Positions 12,174-24,768 of a stretch of DNA of 54,729 nt are shown piece by piece; the stretch's first letter is position 1, and the number at the start of each line of letters is the position of its first letter. This stretch comes from Malacoraja senta. Lineage: Eukaryota. The translations under genes and the position numbers were made by a program. Where the stretch lies: assembly GCA_038087875.1 (NCBI GenBank), contig JAXLNO010000668.1, positions 1-54,729 of the forward strand. The letters run 5' to 3'. The notes beneath the pieces are model-generated. The model made no database searches. It saw only the letters and a list, made by a program, of their open reading frames with translations, and was not told where the DNA came from.

Positions 12174-12788
12174 AATAGACATTAGACAATAGATGCAGGA
12201 GTAGGCCATTCGGCCCTTCGAGCCAGCACCGCCATTCAATGTGATCATGGCTGATCATCCACAATCAGTACCCCGTTCCTGCCTTCTCCCCACATCCCCT
12301 GACTCCGCTCTCTTTAAGAGCCCTATCTAACTCTCTCTTGAAAGTATCCAGAGAACCGGCCTCCACCGCCCTCTGAGGCAGAGAATTCCACAGATTCACA
12401 ACTCTCTGTGAGAAAAAGTGTTTCCTCGTCTCTGTTCAAAATGACCGACCCCTTATTCTTAAACTGTGGCCCCTGGTTCTGGACTCCCCCAACATTGGGA
12501 ACATGTTTCCTGCCTCTAGTGTGTCCAAACCCTTAATAATCTTATACGTTTCAATAAGATCTCCTCTCATCCTTCTAAACTCCAGAGTGTACAAGCCCAG
12601 CCGCTCCATTCTCTCAGCATATGACAGTCCCGCCATCCCGGGAATTAACCTGGTGAACCTACGCTGGGCTCCCTCAATAGCAAGAATGTCCTTCCTCAAA
12701 TTAGGGGAGAAAAACTGCACACAATACTCCAGGTGTGGTCTCACTAGGGCTCTGTACAACTGCAGAAGGACCTCTTTGCTCCTATACT
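12174..12788 (-). mobile_element. CR1 3' fragment of a second subfamily in ERV RT (repeated in each unit)
   Basis: LYRALVRPHLEYCVQF and RRMRGDLIETYKII. The (TGTCTA)-type tail differs from that of the long CR1. Confidence 0.88.
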
Positions 12789-13292
12789 TTGGACCGAGGG
12801 ACCACATATCCTAAGGTTGCCAAGTGGTTCAATAATTCAGCGGTGTCCTGTCCTCACGATTACTCTGCTCATCTAAACTAGCCACCAACAACTTGTCCAC
12901 AGACTGCACTAAAGTGGATTCGCTTCTAAAGTTTAAGGTTTATTAACTGTCCTTGAAGACATCGAGAAAACAAGGTGGGCGGATTAATGAATCCCTGCGA
13001 TAGTCTTGTCCACGTATATTGTTGTCCTCTGTAAGTAAAGGCAAATAGGTACTGGCTGTTTCTGTTCAGGGGTAATGAGAAGAAGGCATGTTGCCGGTCT
13101 AAACATCTTGGCTTCCGATGGAATCAAAGCTAGAATATGAGCCAGGTTTGGCACCAAGGCATGCAACGGTTCTAGTGTTGCATTGACAGATCTTAAGTCC
13201 TGAACCAGGCTGTACTGGCCCTCTTTCCCTGCCTTGGGCACGGCGAGGATCGGTCTGTTGCAACGTTTCCGGTCACTCACACCTTGCAACAT
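12789..13292 (-). pseudogene. pol: ERV reverse transcriptase core, inactivated (repeated in each unit)
   Basis: CNRPILAVPK..GQYSLVQDLRSVN..VPN, HAFFSLPL, FAFTY..QYTWTRLSQGF. The catalytic LVQYVDDLL reads LVQSVDKLL (12892-12903), and there are frameshifts. Confidence 0.9.
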
Positions 13293-13966
13293 TTTCAGTG
13301 GTTACAGCGACTCGATGTTTTACTGCTTTGTCTAGTTGCATCACTTCGATCGGCCCAGGGATAGGGTTCTGGCAAACTTGTCCCTGAAATCTGGACAAGC
13401 TCCCTAATCTGGATGGTGAGAATGGATTAGATTGAGAGAAGGGTGTTTGTCTTCTCTGCCCCCGATTTCTTTGCCAGTTCTCTCTCTGCTCACTCTGTGT
13501 TGGCCCCCTCCTTCCTGTCCTTGTTTCGGGCACACCCCACTCCAGTGTTGTCTTGGGGAAATTGGTTCTTGGGGAGCTGGTTCATCAGGGTGACCTGGAT
13601 AATCCGGTTCTGTCGGCCTTGTCCAAACTGGCACATCATGCTTTGCTCTTGTCTGAGGGACTGTTCCAGAAATCTAAATGACATCTTGGCGCCTCCTTGT
13701 TCATTACATATTTAGTTTTTGCTTTAACTACTGGCGGATTCTCTTGTTCCCGTACCTGCCTTCTCTCCATACCCCCTGATCCCTTTAGCCACAAGGGCCA
13801 CATCTAACTCCCTCTTAAATATAGCCAATGAACTGGCCTCAACTACCTTCTGTGGCAGAGAGTTCCAGAGATTCACCACTCTCTGTGTGAAAAATGTTTT
13901 TCTCATCTCAGTCCTAAAGGATTTCCCCTTTATCCTTAAACTGTGACCCCTTGTCCTGGACTTCCC

Positions 13967-15388
13967 CTACATCGGGAATAATCTTCCTGCATCTAGCCTG
14001 TCCAACCCCTTAAGAATTTTGTAAGTTTCTATAAGATCCCCCCTCAATCTTCTAAATTCTAGCGAGTACAAGCCGAGTCTATCCAGTCTTTCTTCATATG
14101 AAAGTCCTGACATCCCAGGAATCAGTCTGGTGAACCTTCTCTGTACTCCCTCTATGGCAAGAATGTCTTTCCTCAGATTTGGAGACCAAAACTGTACGCA
14201 ATACTCCAGGTGTGGTCTCACCAAGACCCTGTACAACTGCAGTAGAACCTCCCTGCTCCTATACTCAAATCCTTTTGCTATGAATGCTAACATACCATTC
14301 GCTTTCTTCACTGCCTGCTGCACCTGCATGCCTACTTTCAATGACTGGTGTACCATGACACCCAGGTCTCGTTGCATCTCCCCTTTTCCTAATCGGCCAC
14401 CATTTAGATAATAGTCTACTTTCCTATTTTTGCCACCAAAGTGGATAACCTCACATTTATCCACATTATACTGCATCTGCCATGCATTTGCCCACTCACC
14501 CAGCCTATCCAAGTCACCTTGCAGCCTCCTAGCATCCTCCTCACAGCTAACACTGCCCCCCAGCTTCGTGTCATCCGCAAACTTGGAGATGTTGCATTCA
14601 ATTCCCTCGTCCAAATCATTAATATATATTGTAAATAGCTGGGGTCCCAGCACTGAGCCTTGCGGTACCCCACTAGTCACTGCCTGCCATTCTGAAAAGG
14701 ACCCGTTTACTCCTACTCTTTGCTTCCTGTTTGCCAGCCAGTTCTCTATCCACATCAATACTGAACCCACAATATCGTGTGCTTTAAGTTTGTATACTAA
14801 TCTCTTATGTGGGACCTTGTCGAAAGCCTTCTGAAAGTCCAGATATAACACATCCACTGGTTCTCCCTTATCCACTCTACTAGTTACATCCTCGAAAAAT
14901 TCTATAAGATTTGTCAGACACGATTTACCTTTCGTAAATCCATGCTGACTTTGTCCAATGATTTCACCACTTTCCAAATGTGCTGCTATCCCATCTTTAA
15001 CAACTGACTCTAGCAGTTTCCCCACTACCGATGTTAGACTAACTGGTGTGTAATTCCCCGTTTTCTCTCTCCCTCCCTTTTTAAAAAGGGGGGTTACATT
15101 AGCTACCCTCCAATCCTCAGGAACTACTCCAGAATCTAAGGAGTTTTGAAAAATGATCACTAATGCATCCACTATTTCTGGGGCTACTTCCTTAAGTACT
15201 CTGGGATGCAGCCTATCTGGCCCTGGGGATTTATCGGCCTTTAATCCATTCAATTTACCTAACACCACTTCCCGGCTAACCTGGATTTCACTCAGTTCCT
15301 CCATCTCATTTGACCCGTGGTCCCCTGCTATTTCCAGCAGATTATTTATGTCTTCCTTAGTGAAGACAGAACCAAAGTAGTTATTCAA
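13967..15388 (-). CDS. Open 473-codon CR1 RT-domain ORF, unit 2 (TTG start; first ATG at 15304 gives 445 aa)
   Basis: Uninterrupted frame with complete non-LTR RT motifs (NYxPVSLTS, QHGF, YLDFQKAFD, GVPQGSVLGP, FADD). It ends at a TTG>TAG change shared by units 2-6. Expression is unproven. Confidence 0.55.
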   Translation of the reverse strand: MNNYFGSVFTKEDINNLLEIAGDHGSNEMEELSEIQVSREVVLGKLNGLKADKSPGPDRLHPRVLKEVAPEIVDALVIIFQNSLDSGVVPEDWRVANVTPLFKKGGREKTGNYTPVSLTSVVGKLLESVVKDGIAAHLESGEIIGQSQHGFTKGKSCLTNLIEFFEDVTSRVDKGEPVDVLYLDFQKAFDKVPHKRLVYKLKAHDIVGSVLMWIENWLANRKQRVGVNGSFSEWQAVTSGVPQGSVLGPQLFTIYINDLDEGIECNISKFADDTKLGGSVSCEEDARRLQGDLDRLGEWANAWQMQYNVDKCEVIHFGGKNRKVDYYLNGGRLGKGEMQRDLGVMVHQSLKVGMQVQQAVKKANGMLAFIAKGFEYRSREVLLQLYRVLVRPHLEYCVQFWSPNLRKDILAIEGVQRRFTRLIPGMSGLSYEERLDRLGLYSLEFRRLRGDLIETYKILKGLDRLDAGRLFPM

Positions 15389-18300
15389 TTGTCTGCCATG
15401 TCCTTGTTCCCCATGATCAATTCACCTGTTTCTGACTGCAAGGGTTTTAATGTTCCATGCCAGTTTTCTTTCATAATCTATTTTCCCTTTCCTAATTAAA
15501 CCCTTTGTCCTCCTCTGCTGGACTCTGATTTTCTCCCAGTCCTCTGGTAGGCTGCTTTATCTGGCTAATTTGTACGCTTCATCTTTTGTTTTGATACTAT
15601 CCCTGATTTCCCTTGTTATCCATGGATGCACTACCTTCCCTGATTTATTCTTTTGCCAAACTGGGATGAACAATTGTTGTGGTTCATCCATGCAGTCTTT
15701 AAATGCCTTCCATTGCATATCCACCGTCAACCCTTTAAGAATCAATTGCCAGTCAATCTTGGCCAATTCACGTTTCATACCCTCAAAGTTACCTTTCTAT
15801 AAGTTCAGAACCCTTGTTTCTGAATTAACAATGTCACTCTCCATCCTAATGAAGAACTCAACCATATTATGGTCACTCTTGCCCAAGGGGCCACGCACAA
15901 CAAGACTGCTAACTAACCCTTCCTGATTACTCAATACCCAGTCTAGAATAGCCTGTTCACTCGTTGGTTCCTCTACATGTTGGTTTAGAAAACTATCCCG
16001 CATACATTCCAAGAAATCCTATTCCTCAGCACCCCTGCCAATTTGATTCACCCAATCTATATGTAGATTGAAGTCACCCATTATAACTGTTTTACCTTTG
16101 TTGCACGCATTTCAAAATTCCTGTTGGTGCCATCCCCAACTCCACTACTACTGTCAGAGCTTTTAATAAATCAGTCACCAATTGCTGATGAGATATTTGA
16201 GTTCCTGCTGAGGTTAGGAATCCTCTATTCCTCCATAGTTGTCCAAAGTCATGTACTACCCCGAATGCATATCTAGAATCTGTATACATGTTCACCCTTA
16301 AATCTTTCCCAACAACACATGCTCTAATCAAAGCAAACAATTCAGCCTGTTGTGCTGAATAGGGTGACTCAAAGGCAGCTGCTTCCATGCTGTTCCCATC
16401 CTGGTTTACAATAGCGTACCCAGAAAATCTCTCTCCCTGGGGCCCAATGGATGCACTCCCGTGTACGTACAGTGTCGTGTCAGGGTCTTCTATAGGAGCG
16501 TCTTTTAGATCCTCCCTTACAGATGTTTCTTCATGTATTATGATCAAACAGTCATGTCCTGATTCTGACTGTTCCTCTGGAGGTGAAATGAGGAAAGATG
16601 CCAGATTAATACTAGTACAGTGTCTGAATTGGAGTTTTGGATTATTCAGTAGATAGATTTCATATACGAGCCATTGTCAGATGCTGAGTTTGTGGTTGTC
16701 CCAACAAGGCTGCCACCGAATGGGAACTGTACGCTACTATCTCCTGCTGTAAGGTCCGGTTTGTAGCAGACTGTAGAATATTATAGATTGCTGTTAGGGT
16801 CTGGGTGCATAGTGGTTGTCCTCTCGCTACTGGGTCAAGCTTTGAAGAAGAATAAGCCACTGGTCTGTATTTATCCCCATGTTTTATAGAAACCTAGAAA
16901 CATAGAAAATAGGTGCAGGAGGAGGCCATTCGGCCCTTCCAGCCAGCACCGCCATTCATTGTGATCATGGCTGGTCGTCCCCTATCAATAACCCATGCCT
17001 GCCTTCTCCCCATATCCCTTGACTCCACTAGCCCCCAGAGCTCTATCTAACTCTCTCTTAAATCCATCCAGTGATTTGGCCTCCACTGCCCTCTGTGGCA
17101 GGGAATTCCATAAATTCCCAACTCTCTGGGTGAAAGAGTTTTTTTCTCACCTCAGTCTTAAATGACCTCCCCTTTATTCTAAGACTGTGGCCCCTGGTTC
17201 TGGACTCGCCCAGAACATGAGTGAGGACTGCAGTTGAACATTCGGACAGGATGGTCCAATAAAGTTGGAAGGGTCTATCATAGAGTGGCCTTCCTCGTGC
17301 TGGAGCCTGCATTAAAGATCTCTTCAAATTCTCAAAAGCTTACTGGGCTTCTTCGGACAACTGGAATTTGCCCTCTAGGCTGGTATAAGGAGTCAATTCC
17401 TTGGTGTCTAGTGCAATATTAGGGATCCATGGTCGGCAGTAGTTCACCAGGCCGAGCCACTGACGCATCTGCTTTGCCTCTTTTGGAAGAGGAAATTCAC
17501 AAATTGGTCCAAGTCTACGACTCTCTCGACTTCTCTCCGAAATTATCACTCCCACGACTTTTACTTTTTGTTGAGCCATTAATAGACATTAGACAATAGA
17601 TGCAGGAGTAGGCCATTCGGCCCTTCGAGCCAGCACCGCCATTCAATGTGATCATGGCTGATCATCCACAATCAGTACCCCGTTCCTGCCTTCTCCCCAC
17701 ATCCCCTGACTCCGCTCTCTTTAAGAGCCCTATCTAACTCTCTCTTGAAAGTATCCAGAGAACCGGCCTCCACCGCCCTCTGAGGCAGAGAATTCCACAG
17801 ATTCACAACTCTCTGTGAGAAAAAGTGTTTCCTCGTCTCTGTTCAAAATGACCGACCCCTTATTCTTAAACTGTGGCCCCTGGTTCTGGACTCCCCCAAC
17901 ATTGGGAACATGTTTCCTGCCTCTAGTGTGTCCAAACCCTTAATAATCTTATACGTTTCAATAAGATCTCCTCTCATCCTTCTAAACTCCAGAGTGTACA
18001 AGCCCAGCCGCTCCATTCTCTCAGCATATGACAGTCCCGCCATCCCGGGAATTAACCAGGTAAACCTACGCTGGGCTCCCTCAATAGCAAGAATGTCCTT
18101 CCTCAAATTAGGGGAGAAAAACTGCACACAATACTCCAGGTGTGGTCTCACTAGGGCCCTGTACAACTGCAGAAGGACCTCTTTGCTCCTATACTTTGGA
18201 CTGAGGGACCACATATCCTAAGGTTGCCAAGTGGTTCAATAATTGAGCGGTGTCCTGTCCTCACGATTACTCTGCTCATCTAAACTAGCCACCAACAACT

Positions 18301-19373
18301 TGTCCACAGACTGCACTAAAGTGGATTCGCTTCTAAAGTTTAAGGTTTATTAACTGTCCTTGAAGACATCGAGAAAACAAGGTGGGCGGATTAATGAATC
18401 CCTGCGATAGTCTTGTCCACGTATATTGTTGTCCCCTGTAAGTAAAGGCAAATAAGTACTGGCTGTTTCTGTTCAGGGGTAATGAGAAGAAGGCATGTTG
18501 CCGGTCTAAACATCTTGGCTTCCGATGGAATCAAAGCTAGAATATGAGCCAGGTTTGGCACCAAGGCATGCAACGGTTCTAGTGTTGCATTGACAGATCT
18601 TAAGTCCTGAACCAGGCTGTACTGGCCCTCTTTCCCTGCCTTGGGCACGGCGAGGATCGGTCTGTTGCAACGTTTCCGGTCACTCACACCTTGCAACATT
18701 TTCAGTGGTTACAGCGACTCGATGTTTTACTGCTTTGTCTAGTTGCATCACTTCGATCGGCCCAGGGATAGGGTTCTGGCAAACTTGTCCCTGAAATCTG
18801 GACAAGCTCCCTAATCTGGATGGTGAGAATGGATTAGATTGAGAGAAGGGTGTTTGTCTTCTCTGCCCCTGATTTCTTTGCCAGTTCCCTCTCTGCTCAC
18901 TCTGTGTTGGCCCCCTCCTTCCTGTCCTTGTTTCGGGCACACCCCACTCCAGTGTTGTCTTGGGGAAATTGGTTCTTGGGGAGGTGGTTCATCAGGGTGA
19001 CCTGGATAATCCGGTTCTGTCGGCCTTGTCCAAACTGGCACATCATGCCTTGCTCTTGTCTGAGGGACTGTTCCAGAAATCTAAATGACATCTTGGCGCC
19101 TCCTTGTTCATTACATATTTAGTTTTTGCTTTAACTACTGGCGGATTCTCTTGTTCCCGTACCTGCCTTCTCTCCATACCCCCTGATCCCTTTAGCCACA
19201 AGGGCCACATCTAACTCCCTCTTAAATATAGCCAATGAACTGGCCTCAACTACCTTCTGTGGCAGAGAGTTCCAGAGATTCACCACTCTCTGTGTGAAAA
19301 ATGTTTTTCTCATCTCAGTCCTAAAGGATTTCCCCTTTATCCTTAAACTGTGACCCCTTGTCCTGGACTTCCC

Positions 19374-20795
19374 CTACATCGGGAATAATCTTCCTGCATC
19401 TAGCCTGTCCAACCCCTTAAGAATTTTGTAAGTTTCTATAAGATCCCCCCTCAATCTTCTAAATTCTAGCGAGTACAAGCCGAGTCTATCCAGTCTTTCT
19501 TCATATGAAAGTCCTGACATCCCAGGAATCAGTCTGGTGAACCTTCTCTGTACTCCCTCTATGGCAAGAATGTCTTTCCTCAGATTTGGAGACCAAAACT
19601 GTACGCAATACTCCAGGTGTGGTCTCACCAAGACCCTGTACAACTGCAGTAGAACCTCCCTGCTCCTATACTCAAATCCTTTTGCTATGAATGCTAACAT
19701 ACCATTCGCTTTCTTCACTGCCTGCTGCACCTGCATGCCTACTTTCAATGACTGGTGTACCATGACACCCAGGTCTCGTTGCATCTCCCCTTTTCCTAAT
19801 CGGCCACCATTTAGATAATAGTCTACTTTCCTATTTTTGCCACCAAAGTGGATAACCTCACATTTATCCACATTATACTGCATCTGCCATGCATTTGCCC
19901 ACTCACCCAGCCTATCCAAGTCACCTTGCAGCCTCCTAGCATCCTCCTCACAGCTAACACTGCCCCCTAGCTTCGTGTCATCCGCAAACTTGGAGATGTT
20001 GCATTCAATTCCCTCGTCCAAATCATTAATATATATTGTAAATAGCTGGGGTCCCAGCACTGAGCCTTGCGGTACCCCACTAGTCACTGCCTGCCATTCT
20101 GAAAAGGACCCGTTTACTCCTACTCTTTGCTTCCTGTTTGCCAGCCAGTTCTCTATCCACATCAATACTGAACCCACAATATCGTGTGCTTTAAGTTTGT
20201 ATACTAATCTCTTATGTGGGACCTTGTCGAAAGCCTTCTGAAAGTCCAGATATAACACATCCACTGGTTCTCCCTTATCCACTCTACTAGTTACATCCTC
20301 GAAAAATTCTATAAGATTTGTCAGACACGATTTACCTTTCGTAAATCCATGCTGACTTTGTCCAATGATTTCACCACTTTCCAAATGTGCTGCTATCCCA
20401 TCTTTAACAACTGACTCTAGCAGTTTCCCCACTACCGATGTTAGACTAACTGGTGTGTAATTCCCCGTTTTCTCTCTCCCTCCCTTTTTAAAAAGGGGGG
20501 TTACATTAGCTACCCTCCAATCCTCAGGAACTACTCCAGAATCTAAGGAGTTTTGAAAAATGATCACTAATGCATCCACTATTTCTGGGGCTACTTCCTT
20601 AAGTACTCTGGGATGCAGCCTATCTGGCCCTGGGGATTTATCGGCCTTTAATCCATTCAATTTACCTAACACCACTTCCCGGCTAACCTGGATTTCACTC
20701 AGTTCCTCCATCTCATTTGACCCGTGGTCCCCTGCTATTTCCAGCAGATTATTTATGTCTTCCTTAGTGAAGACAGAACCAAAGTAGTTATTCAA
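19374..20795 (-). CDS. Open 473-codon CR1 RT-domain ORF, unit 3
   Basis: Same translation as unit 2. Confidence 0.55.
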   Translation of the reverse strand: MNNYFGSVFTKEDINNLLEIAGDHGSNEMEELSEIQVSREVVLGKLNGLKADKSPGPDRLHPRVLKEVAPEIVDALVIIFQNSLDSGVVPEDWRVANVTPLFKKGGREKTGNYTPVSLTSVVGKLLESVVKDGIAAHLESGEIIGQSQHGFTKGKSCLTNLIEFFEDVTSRVDKGEPVDVLYLDFQKAFDKVPHKRLVYKLKAHDIVGSVLMWIENWLANRKQRVGVNGSFSEWQAVTSGVPQGSVLGPQLFTIYINDLDEGIECNISKFADDTKLGGSVSCEEDARRLQGDLDRLGEWANAWQMQYNVDKCEVIHFGGKNRKVDYYLNGGRLGKGEMQRDLGVMVHQSLKVGMQVQQAVKKANGMLAFIAKGFEYRSREVLLQLYRVLVRPHLEYCVQFWSPNLRKDILAIEGVQRRFTRLIPGMSGLSYEERLDRLGLYSLEFRRLRGDLIETYKILKGLDRLDAGRLFPM

Positions 20796-23700
20796 TTGTC
20801 TGCCATGTCCTTGTTCCCCATGATCAATTCACCTGTTTCTGACTGCAAGGGTTTTAATGTTCCATGCCAGTTTTCTTTCATAATCTATTTTCCCTTTCCT
20901 AATTAAACCCTTTGTCCTCCTCTGCTGGACTCTGAATTTCTCCCAGTCCTCTGCTAGGCTGCTTTATCTGGCTAATTTGTACGCTTCATCTTTTGTTTTG
21001 ATACTATCCCTGATTTCCCTTGTTATCCATGGATGCACTACCTTCCCTGATTTATTCTTTTGCCAAACTGGGATGAACAATTGTTGTGGTTCATCCATGC
21101 AGTCTTTAAATGCCTTCCATTGCATATCCACCGTCAACCCTTTAAGAATCAATTGCCAGTCAATCTTGGCCAATTCACGTTTCATACCCTCAAAGTTACC
21201 TTTCTATAAGTTCAGAACCCTTGTTTCTGAATTAACAATGTCACTCTCCATCCTAATGAAGAACTCAACCATATTATGGTCACTCTTGCCCAAGGGGCCA
21301 CGCACAACAAGACTGCTAACTAACCCTTCCTCATTACTCAATACCCAGTCTAGAATAGCCTGTTCACTCGTTGGTTCCTCTACATGTTGGTTTAGAAAAC
21401 TATCCCGCATACATTCCAAGAAATCCTCTTCCTCAGCACCCCTGCCAATTTGATTCACCCAATCTATATGTAGATTGAAGTCACCCATTATAACTGTTTT
21501 ACCTTTGTTGCACGCATTTCAAAATTCCTGTTGGTGCCATCCCCAACTCCACTACTACTGTCAGAGCTTTTAATAAATCAGTCACCAATTGCTGATGAGA
21601 TATTTGAGTTCCTGCTGAGGTTAGGAATCCTCTATTCCTCCATAGTTGTCCAAAGTCATGTACTACCCCGAATGCATATCTAGAATCTGTATACATGTTC
21701 ACCCTTAAATCTTTCCCAACAACACATGCTCTAATCAAAGCAAACAATTCAGCCTGTTGTGCTGAATAGGGTGACTCAAAGGCAGCTGCTTCCATGCTGT
21801 TCCCATCCTGGTTTACAATAGCGTACCCAGAAAATCTCTCTCCCTGGGGCCCAATGGATGCACGTACAGTGTCGTGTCAGGGTCTTCTATAGGAGCGTCT
21901 TTTAGATCCTCCCTTACAGATGTTTCTTCATATATTATGAAGAAACAGTCATGTCCTGATTCTGCCTGTTCCTCTGGAGGTGAAATGAGGAAAGATGCCA
22001 GATTAATACTAGTACAGTGTCTGAATTGGAGTTTTGGATTATTCAGTAGATAGATTTCATATACGAGCCATTGTCAGATGCTGAGTTTGTGGTTGTCCCA
22101 ACAAGGCTGCCACCGAATGGGAACTGTACGCTACTATCTCCTGCTGTAAGGTCCGGTTTGTAGCAGACTGTAGACTATTATAGATTGCTGTTAGGATCTG
22201 GGTGCATAGTGGTTGTCCTCTCGCTACTGGGTCAAGCTTTGAAGAAGAATAAGCCACTGGTCTGTATTCATCCCCATGTTTTATAGAAACATAGAAACAT
22301 AGAAAATAGGTGCAGGAGGAGGCCATTCGGCCCTTCGAGCCAGCACCGCCATTCATTGTGATCATGGCTGATCGTCCCCTATCAATAACCCATGCCTGCC
22401 TTCTCCCCATATCCCTTGACTCCACTAGCCCCCAGAGCTCTATCTAACTCTCTCTTAAATCCATCCAGTGACTTGGCCTCCACTGCCCTCTGTGGCAGGG
22501 AATTCCATAAATTCCCAACTCTCTGGGTGAAAGAGTTTTTTCTCACCTCAGTCTTAAATGACCTCCCCTTTATTCTAAGACTGTGGCCCCTGGTTCTGGA
22601 CTCACCCAGAACATGAGTGAGGACTGCAGTTGAACATTCGGACAGGATGGTCCAATAAAGTTGGAAGGGTCTATCATAGAGTGGCCTTCCTCGTGCTGGA
22701 GCCTGCATTAAAGATCTCTTCAAATTCTCAAAAGCTTACTGGGCTTCTTCGGACAACTGGAATTTGCCCTCTAGGCTGGTATAAGGAGTCAATTCCTTGG
22801 TGTCTAGTGCAATATTAGGGATCCATGGTCGGCAGTAGTTCACCAGGCCGAGCCACTGACGCATCTGCTTTGCCTCTTTTGGAAGAGGAAATTCACAAAT
22901 TGGTCCAAGTCTACGACTCTCTAGACTTCTCTCCGAAATTATCACTCCCACGACTTTTACTTTTTGTTGAGCCATTAATAGACATTAGACAATAGATGCA
23001 GGAGTAGGCCATTCGGCCCTTCGAGCCAGCACCGCCATTCAATGTGATCATGGCTGATCATCCACAATCAGTACCCCGTTTCTGCCTTCTCCCCACATCC
23101 CCTGACTCCGCTCTCTTTAAGAGCCCTAACTAACTCTCTCTTGAAAGTATCCAGAGAACCGGCCTCCACCGCCCTCTGAGGCAGAGAATTCCACAGACTC
23201 ACAACTCTCTGTGAGAAAAAGTGTTTCCTCGTCTCTGTTCAAAATGACCGACCCCTTATTCTTAAACTGTGGCCCCTGGTTCTGGACTCCCCCAACATTG
23301 GGAACATGTTTCCTGCCTCTAGTGTGTCCAAACCCTTAATAATCTTATACGTTTCAATAAGAGAGCCTCTCATCCTTCTAAACTCCAGAGTGTACAAGCC
23401 CAGCCGCTCCATTCTCTCAGCATATGACAGTCCCCCATCCCGGGAATTAACCTTGTAAACCTACGCTGGGCTCCCTCAATAGCAAGAATGTCCTTCCTCA
23501 AATTAGGGGAGAAAAACTGCACACAATACTCCAGGTGTGGTCTCACTAGGGCTCTGTACAACTGCAGAAGGACCTCTTTGCTCCTATACTTTGGACTGAG
23601 GGACCACATATCCTAAGGTTGCCAAGTGGTTCAATAATTGAGCGGTGTCCTGTCCTCACGATTACTCTGCTCATCTAAACTAGCCACCAACAACTTGTCC

Positions 23701-24768
23701 ACAGACTGCACTAAAGTGGATTCGCTTCTAAAGTTTAAGGTTTATTAACTGTCCTTGAAGACATCGAGAAAACAAGGTGGGCGGATTAATGAATCCCTGC
23801 GATAGTCTTGTCCACGTATATTGTTGTCCCCTGTAAGTAAAGGCAAATAGGTACTGGCTGTTTCTGTTCAGGGGTAATGAGAAGAAGGCATGTTGCCGGT
23901 CTAAACATCTTGGCTTCCGATGGAATCAAAGCTAGAATATGAGCCGGGTTTGGCACCAAGGCATGGAACGGTTCTAGTGTTGCATTGACAGATCTTAAGT
24001 CCTGAACCAGGCTGTACTGGCCCTCTTTCCCTGCCTTGGGCATGGCGAGGATCGGTCTGTTGCAACGTTTCCGGTCACTCACACCTTGCAACATTTTCAG
24101 TGGTTACAGCGACTCGATGTTTTACTGCTTTGTCTAGTTGCACCACTTCGATCGGCCCAGGGATAGGGTTCTGGCAAACGTGTCCCTGAAATCTGGACAA
24201 GCTCCCTAATCTGGATGGTGAGAATGGATTAGATTGAGAGAAGGGTGTTTGTCTTCTCTGCCCCTGATTTCTTTGCCAGTTCCCTCTCTGCTCACTCTGT
24301 GTTGGCCCCCTCCTTCCTGTCCTTGTTTCGGGCACACCCCACTCCAGTGTTGTCTTGGGGAAATTGGTTCTTGGGGAGGTGGTTCATCAGGGTGACCTGG
24401 ATAATCCGGTTCTGTCGGCCTTGTCCAAACTGGCACATCATGCCTTGCTCTTGTCTGAGGGACTGTTCCAGAAATCTAAATGACATCTTGGCGCCTCCTT
24501 GTTCATTACATATTTAGTTTTTGCTTTAACTACTGGCGGATTCTCTTGTTCCCGTACCTGCCTTCTCTCCATACCCCCTGATCCCTTTAGCCACAAGGGC
24601 CACATCTAACTCCCTCTTAAATATAGCCAATGAACTGGCCTCAACTACCTTCTGTGGCAGAGAGTTCCAGAGATTCACCACTCTCTGTGTGAAAAATGTT
24701 TTTCTCATCTCAGTCCTAAAGGATTTCCCCTTTATCCTTAAACTGTGACCCCTTGTCCTGGACTTCCC

